Virus record (IMG/VR): IMGVR_UViG_3300033153_005042
Span: 1-57,721 of that record
Origin: a virus
Taxonomy: Duplodnaviria > Caudoviricetes
Reading direction: 5' to 3' (one strand)
Length of the DNA: 57,721 nucleotides
Shown one piece after another: positions 18,388-26,728 of the stretch (positions are counted from its first letter, which is position 1; each line of letters begins with the position of its first letter). A program made the translations under genes and the position numbers. Under the pieces are notes generated by a model. That model ran no database searches. It was not told the DNA's origin and saw nothing but the letters and a program-made list of their open reading frames with translations.

Positions 18388-18673
18388 GGTTGCCTATAAT
18401 TTGCATACACCTGCTTATTTCTTCAACAACTTCAGTGTGCGTATACTCTTTGTTTATCGCATCGTCACCAAACACTTGCTCAAACACTTGCTCTTGAAAC
18501 AGTTTGCTTTGCTTTGCCTCTCGTTTCAATTTCCTTATAGCTTTTAGTAGATCCTTACCATCATACTCCCCACCCTTATAACTGCCTCGCTTAAGGACTA
18601 GATTAAATACGCTAGTAATTAGCTCTAGTTCTGCTTGTAGTTCGTCCTCGTCATTAAATCCTATGTAACTCAT
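18368..18673 (-). CDS. Hypothetical protein
   Basis: 101 aa with GGAG RBS. Confidence 0.6.
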   Translation of the reverse strand: MSYIGFNDEDELQAELELITSVFNLVLKRGSYKGGEYDGKDLLKAIRKLKREAKQSKLFQEQVFEQVFGDDAINKEYTHTEVVEEISRCMQIIGNLDLGDH

Positions 18674-18681
18674 ATGTTCTC

Positions 18682-18951
18682 CTAAATGTAATAGTTACCC
18701 AATTCAGTTACTAAACCTTTTAACTGGTACGTCTCGTATACTAACTTAGCTCTATCGTGTATCTCTGACATAACATCCTTAGGCGGCCAGCCCTCAAACG
18801 GCTGCCAAATATTCTCTATAATTAGCTCATCTTGCTCTTCTTCCGACAACTCAAAGAAATTGTTAGGCAAATCCCCAGACAAATAGCTACCAGAAGCCTC
18901 TAACCATGCGTCAATCTCTAATTGAGTCATTCCGTATTCATTCTTGATCAT
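18682..18951 (-). CDS. Acidic protein with degenerate tag
   Basis: Ends VTELGNYYI. Confidence 0.6.
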   Translation of the reverse strand: MIKNEYGMTQLEIDAWLEASGSYLSGDLPNNFFELSEEEQDELIIENIWQPFEGWPPKDVMSEIHDRAKLVYETYQLKGLVTELGNYYI

Positions 18952-18978
18952 AATATCATCCTTTCTATTAATGTTATA

Positions 18979-18994
18979 TGCAATAGTAGTGCCA
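18979..18994 (-). promoter_or_regulatory. sigma54-type -24/-12 element
   Basis: TGGCACTACTATTGCA. Confidence 0.78.
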
Positions 18995-18996
18995 AA

Positions 18997-19209
18997 CTAC
19001 TCGTATAGAGCTGACCACAATGCACCACAAAGCGTGTAATTCTCACTAAAAGTTTCAAAATGAAACCAGTCTGTACAAGTTCCTGCCCAATGAAGGCCTT
19101 CAGGATCACTGAGTATATCAAAACTAATAATATCGTCTACTACCTTAATAACCTTAACAATATCCTTATCTACACAGTCAATGTATATATTACCTACTAT
19201 TATGTCCAT
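18997..19209 (-). CDS. SH3-like mini-protein with tag (KD.VKV..DP..W subfamily)
   Basis: Ends GALWSALYE. Confidence 0.7.
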   Translation of the reverse strand: MDIIVGNIYIDCVDKDIVKVIKVVDDIISFDILSDPEGLHWAGTCTDWFHFETFSENYTLCGALWSALYE

Positions 19210-19444
19210 TGTTGCTCCCAACTCTTAACAAATATTCCAAAGAATCTTCCTTTAGTTTTTTTGCATTATACATATACCACCCCTTCGAACTTATAGTAAA
19301 AAGAGAATAGTCGCCACTCTTACTCCACAAACATTTGCAATGAATGTGAAATATATTATCCGCACTAGCTTCTAGTTTAAGTAGCTTATAAATTAAGTAC
19401 TCACCTTCAGCATTAACAACATATATGTCTCCTACTTTAAACAC
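19190..19444 (-). CDS. SH3-like mini-protein, DSLEY-type tail
   Basis: GTG start after GGAGG; FKVGDIY...KEDSLEYLL. Confidence 0.62.
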   Translation of the reverse strand: MFKVGDIYVVNAEGEYLIYKLLKLEASADNIFHIHCKCLWSKSGDYSLFTISSKGWYMYNAKKLKEDSLEYLLRVGSNNGHNSR

Positions 19445-19472
19445 AACACCTCCAAAAGTTACCATGACTACC

Positions 19473-19599
19473 CTAATAGTACAAAGCTTTAGAAAGATTA
19501 CCCTCAGGAATAATAACACAATCTTTGTTCGGTATACACAACAGCATTACCTCTCATCTTAACTTTATCTCCAACTTTAATCGCTCGTTCAATCTCCAT
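19473..19599 (-). pseudogene. Internally deleted/frameshifted tagged mini-gene
   Basis: One frame gives MEIERAIKVGDKVKM and stops at codon 32; a second frame gives ...IIPEGNLSKALYY*. Confidence 0.6.
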
Positions 19600-19801
19600 A
19601 AATAACCTCCGCTAACTCTCCTAAAGGAGTATACCAAAGAGAGAAGTTTTGTGAAGTCATGTAAGTGTTTTTAGTGTTGTCCCAAACCGAATGAGGATCT
19701 AAAATTACCTCAAAGAAAATCTCATCACTTCTTATTTTAGCGACCTTAACAATGTCCTTATCGTCTAAGTCAGTATAAATGCCACCTACTATTATGTTCA
19801 T
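19589..19801 (-). CDS. SH3-like mini-protein with tag (KD.VKV..DP..W subfamily)
   Basis: Ends PLGELAEVIYGD. Confidence 0.72.
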   Translation of the reverse strand: MNIIVGGIYTDLDDKDIVKVAKIRSDEIFFEVILDPHSVWDNTKNTYMTSQNFSLWYTPLGELAEVIYGD

Positions 19802-19809
19802 TATTACTC

Positions 19810-20028
19810 CTATAAGTACAAAGCTTCTGTTAGTTTGCCACAAATAACGTAATCACGTAGTATACACCCACCGTACCACCAACCACTATCACTACCCTTC
19901 CACAAACCATTAGGATCTTTAATTATATCAAATTCAACCTCATCATCAGTTATCTTAGTAATCTTGATAACATCTCTATCCTTAGGATCAATATAAATAC
20001 TGCCTACTATTATTATGTTCATTATCAC
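19810..20028 (-). CDS. SH3-like mini-protein with tag (KD.VKV..DP..W subfamily)
   Basis: Ends CGKLTEALYL. Confidence 0.72.
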   Translation of the reverse strand: MIMNIIIVGSIYIDPKDRDVIKITKITDDEVEFDIIKDPNGLWKGSDSGWWYGGCILRDYVICGKLTEALYL

Positions 20029-20063
20029 TCCGAATGTTATATTAGCGTATTGCTAGGTATTAA

Positions 20064-20079
20064 TGCAAGTAGTATACCA
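20064..20079 (-). promoter_or_regulatory. sigma54-type -24/-12 element
   Basis: TGGTATACTACTTGCA. Confidence 0.65.
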
Positions 20080-20128
20080 ATAATAGAATTATAGTATGTT
20101 ATACTAAGGTATTGCTATAGGTAGGTTA

Positions 20129-20353
20129 TCAATCACAGTACAAAGACTCACTAAGACCGCCAGCTTTGACTAAGCCGTCCTCAAAAAACCAATACCTAAC
20201 AACCTCATCACCAGTTATCTTAGTAATCTTTATTTTAACCCCATATCCGACAGAAAAAGAAGTAGAGTCAAAGACAACTCCGTAAAGACTTTTATACTGA
20301 CCTTTAATAACGAGTACCTTATCACCTACCTTAAATTTGCAACTACTCTCCAT
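20129..20353 (-). CDS. KOW-like mini-protein with tag
   Basis: FKVGDKVLVIKGQYK...GGLSESLYCD. Confidence 0.72.
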   Translation of the reverse strand: MESSCKFKVGDKVLVIKGQYKSLYGVVFDSTSFSVGYGVKIKITKITGDEVVRYWFFEDGLVKAGGLSESLYCD

Positions 20354-20573
20354 AAATAGCCTCCGATAACTCTCCTACAGGTGTTAACCACAGTCTAGAA
20401 AAGTAGAAACCACTTCCGACACGAAACGTAATATCACCTTCCTCATCAATGAATCCAATAACTTGTATCGTATTGTGTTCCAGATCCATTGCCTCAATCC
20501 ACCTACAAGTTAGAGCACCCAATTTTTTAGGTTTACGTACTAATACTCTCTGTCCCACCTTAAACTTACTCAT
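20343..20573 (-). CDS. SH3-like mini-protein with tag (KPK..W..M subfamily)
   Basis: Ends PVGELSEAIYGE. Confidence 0.75.
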   Translation of the reverse strand: MSKFKVGQRVLVRKPKKLGALTCRWIEAMDLEHNTIQVIGFIDEEGDITFRVGSGFYFSRLWLTPVGELSEAIYGE

Positions 20574-20778
20574 AAATAGCCTCCGCTAACTCTCCTAAAG
20601 ATACGTAACTACTTAAAGCCTTAGCATCAGCCCAATGACCAAAAAGACCACCACTCCACAACATCAAATCATCTTTAAGTACTTCAAACACAATAACATC
20701 AGCCATAATACTAGTAACCTTAACAATGTCCTTATCGTCTAAGTTAGTATAAATACCGCCTACTTTAAACTTACTCAT
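20566..20778 (-). CDS. SH3-like mini-protein with tag (KD.VKV subfamily)
   Basis: Ends SLGELAEAIYE. Confidence 0.75.
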   Translation of the reverse strand: MSKFKVGGIYTNLDDKDIVKVTSIMADVIVFEVLKDDLMLWSGGLFGHWADAKALSSYVSLGELAEAIYE

Positions 20779-20971
20779 AAATAGCCTCCGTTAAATTACC
20801 GATAGGAGCGATATAACTTCTATCCATCCAAACCCTATTATCATACTCTTCCTCTTCGTAGGGATCTAAGTCCACCAACACCAATAACCTATTAGTAGAG
20901 AATTTAATAAGCTGGGCTGTCTTACCCTTAGACAAACCCTTAACAATCAACACCTTATTACCTTTAACCAC
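20771..20971 (-). CDS. KOW-like mini-protein with tag
   Basis: KGNKVLIVKGLSKG...PIGNLTEAIYE. Confidence 0.72.
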   Translation of the reverse strand: MVKGNKVLIVKGLSKGKTAQLIKFSTNRLLVLVDLDPYEEEEYDNRVWMDRSYIAPIGNLTEAIYE

Positions 20972-21115
20972 AATTAACCCCCAAATCAGACTAGCGCACC
21001 ATGATTACCTAATATAACCATAAACAACAGTAACTAAGTAACTAACATTAGTATATACACAGTAAGAAATAATAAACATAACACTACTAGACATAATAGT
21101 CTACATAGTAGTACA

Positions 21116-21131
21116 TGCAATAATAGTACCA
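21116..21131 (-). promoter_or_regulatory. sigma54-type -24/-12 element
   Basis: TGGTACTATTATTGCA. Confidence 0.6.
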
Positions 21132-21139
21132 GTATATTG

Positions 21140-21350
21140 AGGTAGCTGTAGTATTGCTAGTTTATTACTATAGTATTGCTATAGGTAAGGTATTGTGTAG
21201 ATAGACTAAGGTATTGCTGTAGGTAGTAGGGTAGTTAGTTAGTAGTAACATGGTAGTATTGCTACTTATGATATATTGTGTATTGCTATGGTATTGCTTT
21301 ATGATAGATAAAGTATACTTGGTTATTGATAGATAGTATTATATGGTACT
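21140..21350. repeat. AT-rich non-coding tract with GTATTGCT repeats
   Basis: About six copies of GTATTGCT in a G/T-skewed tract; further copies near 20048, 20109 and 31625. Confidence 0.55.
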
Positions 21351-21559
21351 AATAGTATGGTTTACCACACTACGTATTGTGTAACCTATTGTAATCATTA
21401 GATTAATTACTAGTGTATCTTATAGGACACTGTACGGATATGGACTACGGTTTCCCTCTCATGCCCTCCCTAACCCCCGAAATCGTAAAAATACACCCCT
21501 TTTCTCTCAAAAAACCACTAAACTTTACTAAAAATAACCTTTTAACTTTATTTCAGAAA

Positions 21560-21793
21560 CTATAACCACTTTGTCGGACAATGTAAGGCATATTCTAAGG
21601 AATCTTTGGTCAATACTTGATAATGATTCTCAAAATGTCTACAGGATAGAGTGTACGTTCTATCGCTCTCCTTTAGTTTGACTTTGTATTGCTTGTACCG
21701 AGTACCATCTACCTCGTCTATTATTAATCTCAAAACAACATCGCCATCACCAAGATAACAAATTATAACGTCACCAACCTTAAATAAACTCAC
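21560..21793 (-). CDS. SH3-like mini-protein, DSLEY-type tail
   Basis: FKVGDVI...KDSLEYALH. Confidence 0.7.
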   Translation of the reverse strand: MSLFKVGDVIICYLGDGDVVLRLIIDEVDGTRYKQYKVKLKESDRTYTLSCRHFENHYQVLTKDSLEYALHCPTKWL

Positions 21794-21804
21794 AATTCAC
21801 CCTC

Positions 21805-22038
21805 CTAAAAAAATATAGCGTATTCTAACGAGTCTTCCTTAACTACGCAGTAACATAAGTCTAAATAACTACACTCCAAAGAAAAAGGCTCGCCATTGCC
21901 TACAACCTTACAGAAATTCTTGTCCTGAACACTGTACACTCCTAATACCTTTCTCACCCTCCTACTACGGTTACTCCCGTACTTTTCCGCATTATCCAGC
22001 TTCTCTAATAAAATGTCCCCAACCTTGTATTTACTCAT
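21805..22038 (-). CDS. SH3-like mini-protein, DSLEY-type tail
   Basis: YKVGDIL...KEDSLEYAIFF. Confidence 0.72.
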   Translation of the reverse strand: MSKYKVGDILLEKLDNAEKYGSNRSRRVRKVLGVYSVQDKNFCKVVGNGEPFSLECSYLDLCYCVVKEDSLEYAIFF

Positions 22039-22049
22039 TGATTCCCCCT

Positions 22050-22283
22050 CTAAGGATAAAATATAGCGTATTCTAACGAGTCTCGCTCTAATACTCGATA
22101 CCTAGTGTCGACAAACCTTTTTTCCATAGAATACCTTTTCGGCGACTCAATACAGACACCAACAGCAGTAAATTTCACAAGCAGGACATAAGAGTAATCA
22201 AAAACTGTTACTATCTCCCTAATTAACATTCCATTGTAGCCTTCCCTAATTATTAAATCACCTACGTTAAAACTAGTTTCCAT
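22050..22283 (-). CDS. SH3-like mini-protein, DSLEY-type tail
   Basis: FNVGDLI...RDSLEYAIFYP. Confidence 0.72.
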   Translation of the reverse strand: METSFNVGDLIIREGYNGMLIREIVTVFDYSYVLLVKFTAVGVCIESPKRYSMEKRFVDTRYRVLERDSLEYAIFYP

Positions 22284-22569
22284 ACAATGCCCCAAATAAT
22301 TCACCGTTAACCAGTTCAATAAACTCGTTGTACGTGTAAGTCTTGTTAGCGAGTACGCCTAAACTATCACTACCACCTTGAAGAGGAATTCCATGAGCGC
22401 TTACTACTACTAAACTACTCTTAGAGTAAACCTGCACCTTAAAGTTGTAAGTAATACTACTCACGTCACCTTTAGCTAGGTTGTGTTTAAATAACAGCTC
22501 CAATACTTCCATCTTACTATCGTGATTAGGTATATCCTTAATAAGCATTTCATACACAGTTCTACTCAT
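22273..22569 (-). CDS. Small protein with tag (YE-hhh-D/N family)
   Basis: YEMLIKDIP...NGELFGALYGN. Confidence 0.68.
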   Translation of the reverse strand: MSRTVYEMLIKDIPNHDSKMEVLELLFKHNLAKGDVSSITYNFKVQVYSKSSLVVVSAHGIPLQGGSDSLGVLANKTYTYNEFIELVNGELFGALYGN

Positions 22570-22828
22570 AAATAGCCCTCCCAAGCTCTCCTAAGGGTAT
22601 TAAGCATAGTTCATCTACGTAGTTAAGTTCATCTTCCTTAGTTAGTATATGATAGTCATACACAGCATCCTTCCCGTCATGATTACCTAACTTAACTATA
22701 GTGTGTATAGTATTAGGATTATTATCAGCTCTTAAGTGTGTACCGTAGTTGTGACTTATACCTACCGTGAAGTTCACCATTACTTTGTCCCCCACCTTAA
22801 ACTTATGGGGGGTAGTTCTCTTAGTCAT
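22562..22828 (-). CDS. SH3-like mini-protein with tag
   Basis: FKVGDKVMV...PLGELGRAIYE. Confidence 0.75.
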   Translation of the reverse strand: MTKRTTPHKFKVGDKVMVNFTVGISHNYGTHLRADNNPNTIHTIVKLGNHDGKDAVYDYHILTKEDELNYVDELCLIPLGELGRAIYE

Positions 22829-22890
22829 ACCTGTCCTCGCTGTTACTATTACCCTATATAGGGATTCAAAATGGATGTGTTGCCGTTTCG

Positions 22891-23130
22891 TTAAACGAAT
22901 ATAGCGTACTCTAAGCTGTCTTTAGGCATTAACCTACTGTTCAGGTAGTATTCTCCCTCAATTAGAAAGTTCCAGTCGCCAAGTACTTCTAGGCCTATAT
23001 AACCTTCATAACGTAGTATAGCAACCTGCATAACCTCCTTAGAGATAGCAATCACTTTATATACTATGAAATAGCCCTCTTTATCAGGGTTGGTGTACCT
23101 ATAAACTTCTCCTACATGAGGCTCACGCAC
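22891..23130 (-). CDS. SH3-like mini-protein, DSLEY-type tail
   Basis: HVGEVYRY...KDSLEYAIFV. Confidence 0.7.
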   Translation of the reverse strand: MREPHVGEVYRYTNPDKEGYFIVYKVIAISKEVMQVAILRYEGYIGLEVLGDWNFLIEGEYYLNSRLMPKDSLEYAIFV

Positions 23131-23175
23131 TGTACTACTCCTAAAATATTAACCATAACACTCACCAAATACTAC

Positions 23176-23191
23176 TGCAAGCTCTGTGCCA
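23176..23191 (-). promoter_or_regulatory. sigma54-type -24/-12 element
   Basis: TGGCACAGAGCTTGCA at the head of the left-arm operons. Confidence 0.78.
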
Positions 23192-23680
23192 AAATGAAAT
23201 TCGATTTAATTCCGTTTCGTAAATGAAAATGGATTTCATTCCGTTTCGTAGACATTGACTACTTTTCCAGAATTTTTTCCGTTCGGATGATTCGGATGAT
23301 TCGGACGCAGGATTGCCTTTGGCATAGAAATTGCGTTAGCAAGAACCGTGCCAGTTCCGCCCATAGCAAGAACCGTGCCAGCTGGAAACTGTCCAGAAAC
23401 TTGACACCTGTAAACCTTCAAGAACCGTGCCAGCTAAAAAACCCAGTCCGGATAGGCAGTTACAGTACGGGTGTTAGAATCCTGACACGTTGCGAAAATG
23501 TACATTGTAACCAACTGATATCACTACTAATTTTCGGGTGACCAACGATTAGACACCTTTGGTTAAGGATTAGACACTAGCAAGAATCGTGCCAGCTAAT
23601 TCTCTAGTCCGGATAGGGGGGTTACTGGTATGGCTATAGTCCGTATAAGTACTTACAGCTATGGCATAAGTGTTGCATAT
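23191..23680. repeat. Repeat-dense divergent control region
   Basis: CAAGAAyCGTGCCAG x4 (23338, 23365, 23417, 23579), TTCGGAYG x3, GTCCGGATAGG x2, IHF-like site, AAATGAAAATG boxes. Confidence 0.8.
23662..23677 (+). promoter_or_regulatory. sigma54-type -24/-12 element
   Basis: TGGCATAAGTGTTGCA about 40 bp before the Gp88-like start. Confidence 0.75.
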
Positions 23681-23717
23681 AGGTATATACAGCAATGCAG
23701 CTGTAGGAGGTAACAAT

Positions 23718-24380
23718 ATGACAAAACTACTAGTAAAGAATGCTAAGATTGCTAAGAGTAGTAACGATACAACTACTATATATAACTTCGGAATTCCAGC
23801 ATTTCAGGCAGCAAGCGGTTTGAGTACTTGCCCATTAGCTGGACAATGCTCTAAAGGCTGTTATGCGCAAGCTGGTGCCTACGCTTGGAGCAATGTTAAG
23901 CAAGCCTATGAATTCAGACTTAAGGCAAGCCAGCAAGCTAATTTTGCTGCTATGGTTCAATTAGAGCTTAACCCTAAAATAAAGACAGCAATCAGACAAA
24001 ACAAACAGTTGACCATAAGGATTCACGATAGTGGTGATTTTTATGATCTAACTTATACCAAAAAATGGCTCAAGCTGATGCGAGACAATCCTACTGTAAA
24101 ATTCTACGCTTATACCAAAATGGTACCAATGTTTAAGGCGCTGCAAAAATCGTGCCAAATACCTGAGAATTTCACCATTATTTTCAGTGAGGGCGGCGTG
24201 ATGGATAGCATGATTCTTGCAGGAGACAGGCATAGCCGAGTGTTCCCTGATGAAAGTTCTTTAATCTCAGCAGGTTACGACAACGCTAGTAAGAATGATC
24301 TAGTAGCAATAGAAGCAGTGAGCGGTAAAATAGGCCTGATATATCACGGGGTTAAGAGTCGGGCTTGGACTACCGACTAA
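23718..24380 (+). CDS. Gp88-like protein (Cys-triad, radical-SAM-like)
   Basis: TCPLAGQCSKGCYA, IRIHDSGDFY, FYAYTK; start refined to MTKLL after GGAGG. Confidence 0.75.
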   Translation: MTKLLVKNAKIAKSSNDTTTIYNFGIPAFQAASGLSTCPLAGQCSKGCYAQAGAYAWSNVKQAYEFRLKASQQANFAAMVQLELNPKIKTAIRQNKQLTIRIHDSGDFYDLTYTKKWLKLMRDNPTVKFYAYTKMVPMFKALQKSCQIPENFTIIFSEGGVMDSMILAGDRHSRVFPDESSLISAGYDNASKNDLVAIEAVSGKIGLIYHGVKSRAWTTD

Positions 24381-24406
24381 TCCTTAGACACTATTGAGCT
24401 GGTACG

Positions 24407-24547
24407 TGCAACAACCGTGCCAGTTCTTAATTTTCGGGCATAGTCCGGATAGGCACTTACAGAATATACACCTGTCAATTCCTTATACACCATGACTACC
24501 CCTAACATACTGTTATCACTATAGCCACACTTGGCACACATACTGCA
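24407..24547 (+). promoter_or_regulatory. Intergenic module 1: reverse sigma54 site / GTCCGGATAGG / TGT-N11-ACA / IHF-like / forward sigma54
   Basis: Reverse site 24407-24422; box 24443; forward TGGCACACATACTGCA 24532-24547. Confidence 0.75.
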
Positions 24548-24575
24548 TTACTATAGATAGAAGGAGGGACTAGAT

Positions 24576-24722
24576 GTGAATATTATAGACCTAATACTTA
24601 TAGTAATAACCAGCATACTGTTTATAAGTTTTCTGTATAGGCTTCATAAGCTAGGAACTATGTTAGACAAAATAACGGAGGTATACAATGACCAACAAAG
24701 CACATTTAACAGCAATAAGTAG
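24576..24722 (+). CDS. 48-aa single-pass membrane protein
   Basis: GTG start after GGAGG; IIDLILIVITSILFISFLY. Confidence 0.5.
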   Translation: MNIIDLILIVITSILFISFLYRLHKLGTMLDKITEVYNDQQSTFNSNK

Positions 24723-25125
24723 AAATAGCCCTAGCGTACCTATGAGACGTTTAAACAAAGCAGGAAGGCTAGGAGCTAAAAGAATGCTAGACTTTGGCTG
24801 TGGTAGAGGTTTGGACGCTACAACGTACGGTCTAGACAAGTATGACCCTCATTATTACCCTGAGAAAGACTGGAAAGTAGCTAAGTATGATGTTATTACA
24901 TGTAATTATGTATTGAACGTTATACCTACTAAGGAGGAACGTACCGCAGTCATAGAGGATATTAGAAACCTGTTAACAAAAGGAGGTATTGCCTACATAA
25001 CTGTAAGAAGAGACATAAAAACACAAGGTTACACTAAGAGAGGGACATTTCAAGAAAATATAACCCTTAACCTAGCTAAACTATGGGAGAATTCTAGCTA
25101 TTGCACATACGTGTTACATTATTAA
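24688..25125 (+). CDS. Class I SAM-dependent methyltransferase
   Basis: LDFGCGRG, YDP, YDVITCNYVLNVI. Confidence 0.82.
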   Translation: MTNKAHLTAISRNSPSVPMRRLNKAGRLGAKRMLDFGCGRGLDATTYGLDKYDPHYYPEKDWKVAKYDVITCNYVLNVIPTKEERTAVIEDIRNLLTKGGIAYITVRRDIKTQGYTKRGTFQENITLNLAKLWENSSYCTYVLHY

Positions 25126-25130
25126 CCCTT

Positions 25131-25298
25131 AGCAAGAACTGTGCCAGTTATTACTGGCGCTTTCTTCTGTAGGTTGTCGTCCGGATAGGTAGTTACGTAA
25201 AGTGTCAATTTATTGTGTACAGGTGTATAATGCTTGGTCAGTTAGGTAAGGTGTAAGTACTTGATATTGCTATAGCTAGACATGGCATGGGTTGTGCA
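25131..25298 (+). promoter_or_regulatory. Intergenic module 2
   Basis: Reverse site and hairpin from 25131; GTCCGGATAGGTAGTTAC 25179; IHF consensus TAAGTACTTGATA 25254-25266; forward TGGCATGGGTTGTGCA 25283-25298. Confidence 0.78.
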
Positions 25299-25326
25299 TT
25301 ATATAATAGTGAAAGGAAGGTGATTT

Positions 25327-25578
25327 ATGCAAGTACACGGAACAATACAATGGCACGACGATAAGGGTTGGGTTACTCATGATATCGAGTACGAAGCTAC
25401 TCTAGAGATAGAGAAGAACTACGGTTGTGACGCTGATGGTAATAGAGGTATCAAGATAGCCTATATATCCGATTACGATTACGAACTACCTTATAGCGAT
25501 ATGTCAGACAAGGACAAAGCTGAAATATACGAACTAGTAGAAGAACATGCAGCAGAGCAAGAACCCTACAACATTTAA
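25327..25578 (+). CDS. Acidic hypothetical protein
   Basis: 83 aa; YGCDADGNRG motif. Confidence 0.65.
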   Translation: MQVHGTIQWHDDKGWVTHDIEYEATLEIEKNYGCDADGNRGIKIAYISDYDYELPYSDMSDKDKAEIYELVEEHAAEQEPYNI

Positions 25579-25589
25579 AAGGAGTTATT

Positions 25590-26165
25590 ATGACTAAGGC
25601 AAAAAAAGTTACTGTTATTCAACCATCTACCAATTTTGGAGGATTGTTAGATATCAAGTTAGGGATGAAAGACGTTATTGACATTATCATGCAAGAAGAG
25701 GAGGATAAACTCACTGCTGAATTAGAACAAGCTATAGTACTAGCTACACAAGCGCAAAAGAATAAGGAGGATTACATAACGGCTATGAAGAGTAAACTGG
25801 AAAAATCATTCCTAGAATTGGTAGCCGCCGCTTTTGGATTGAAAGAACAGGATTGTACCGCTAGTAACTATTCTTATAGAGATAATATTGAAATATCCGT
25901 AACTCATGATAAATCTGACCTTTCTGTAAATAAAAGGTTCCCTTACACCAAAAAATACCTCAAAGGCAGAATCAAGTTAGGTAAAATTTGCAACGATTTA
26001 CAGGACATCGTCTGGCGGTGTGAGCAACGTGTGACACAACTCAATAAGAAATCGAGGAAAGCTAGGACTTTGATCGTCAAACAATTACTTGCCAATACGC
26101 CCGAAGGTGCTACTTTATTACAGCAAGTTACCAAAGCTAAACAATTATTAATAACCCCTAAATAA
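25590..26165 (+). CDS. Coiled-coil hypothetical protein
   Basis: 191 aa, GGAG RBS. Confidence 0.7.
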   Translation: MTKAKKVTVIQPSTNFGGLLDIKLGMKDVIDIIMQEEEDKLTAELEQAIVLATQAQKNKEDYITAMKSKLEKSFLELVAAAFGLKEQDCTASNYSYRDNIEISVTHDKSDLSVNKRFPYTKKYLKGRIKLGKICNDLQDIVWRCEQRVTQLNKKSRKARTLIVKQLLANTPEGATLLQQVTKAKQLLITPK

Positions 26166-26169
26166 CCTT

Positions 26170-26340
26170 AGCAAGAAGTATGCCAGTTAACGCTGGTATA
26201 TTTTCTACAACCTACTGTCCGGACTATGACTACCTTATCCGTAGTGTCTACCATTTTTAGACACCTGACCAATCCTTAAACAGTCTTGCTTACCCTAACT
26301 AGCTGATATTACTAGCACAGGGCTTGGCACACAATCTGCA
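26170..26340 (+). promoter_or_regulatory. Intergenic module 3
   Basis: Reverse site and hairpin from 26170; GTCCGGAC 26217; IHF-like TAACTAGCTGATA; forward TGGCACACAATCTGCA 26325-26340. Confidence 0.75.
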
Positions 26341-26383
26341 TTATATATAGTACAAGGCAATCAAGCCTTATAGGAGGTTCATT

Positions 26384-26722
26384 ATGAAAGCTATTTTAAT
26401 CGACGTAGTAAAAAGGGCGGTTACTCAGATTGATATCCCAGCAGGTATCGAAGCAATCAAACAACAGCTCGGCGTTAGCTGTTTTACAGTTGTCTGTCCT
26501 TTAGACAGTTCGGACGCCGTCTATTGTGACGACGAAGGATTACTAAATAACCCACAAGATTTTTTCACCTTGGGCAATTACCCTCAGCCTATCGCTGGTA
26601 ACGGCTTAATTCTTGGTACAGATTCTGAAGGCCGCTCGGTAGACTGTGAAGCCTTGCTAGAAGATATTCAAAACGACGTTATTTTTATGGACTTGGGAGC
26701 GGTGCTCGCAAACCACGCATAA
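26384..26722 (+). CDS. DUF3846-like protein
   Basis: VYCDDEGLLN...IAGNGLILG. Confidence 0.65.
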   Translation: MKAILIDVVKRAVTQIDIPAGIEAIKQQLGVSCFTVVCPLDSSDAVYCDDEGLLNNPQDFFTLGNYPQPIAGNGLILGTDSEGRSVDCEALLEDIQNDVIFMDLGAVLANHA

Positions 26723-26728
26723 CCTCCT

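Noticed and set aside
7910-22828. Diversity-generating retroelement or integron behind the mini-gene array
   Set aside because: No reverse transcriptase or integrase in the window; I saw no adenine-specific template/variable repeat pair or attC-like stems.
23236-23541. ORFs 23236-23421(-) and 23287-23541(+)
   Set aside because: They translate regulatory repeats (GTVLA x2, NHP repeats) and lack a clear RBS.
23338-23594. CAAGAACCGTGCCAG repeats as a CRISPR array
   Set aside because: Repeats are about 16 bp with irregular spacing (27, 52, 162 bp) and no cas operon; the reverse complement is the sigma54 consensus.
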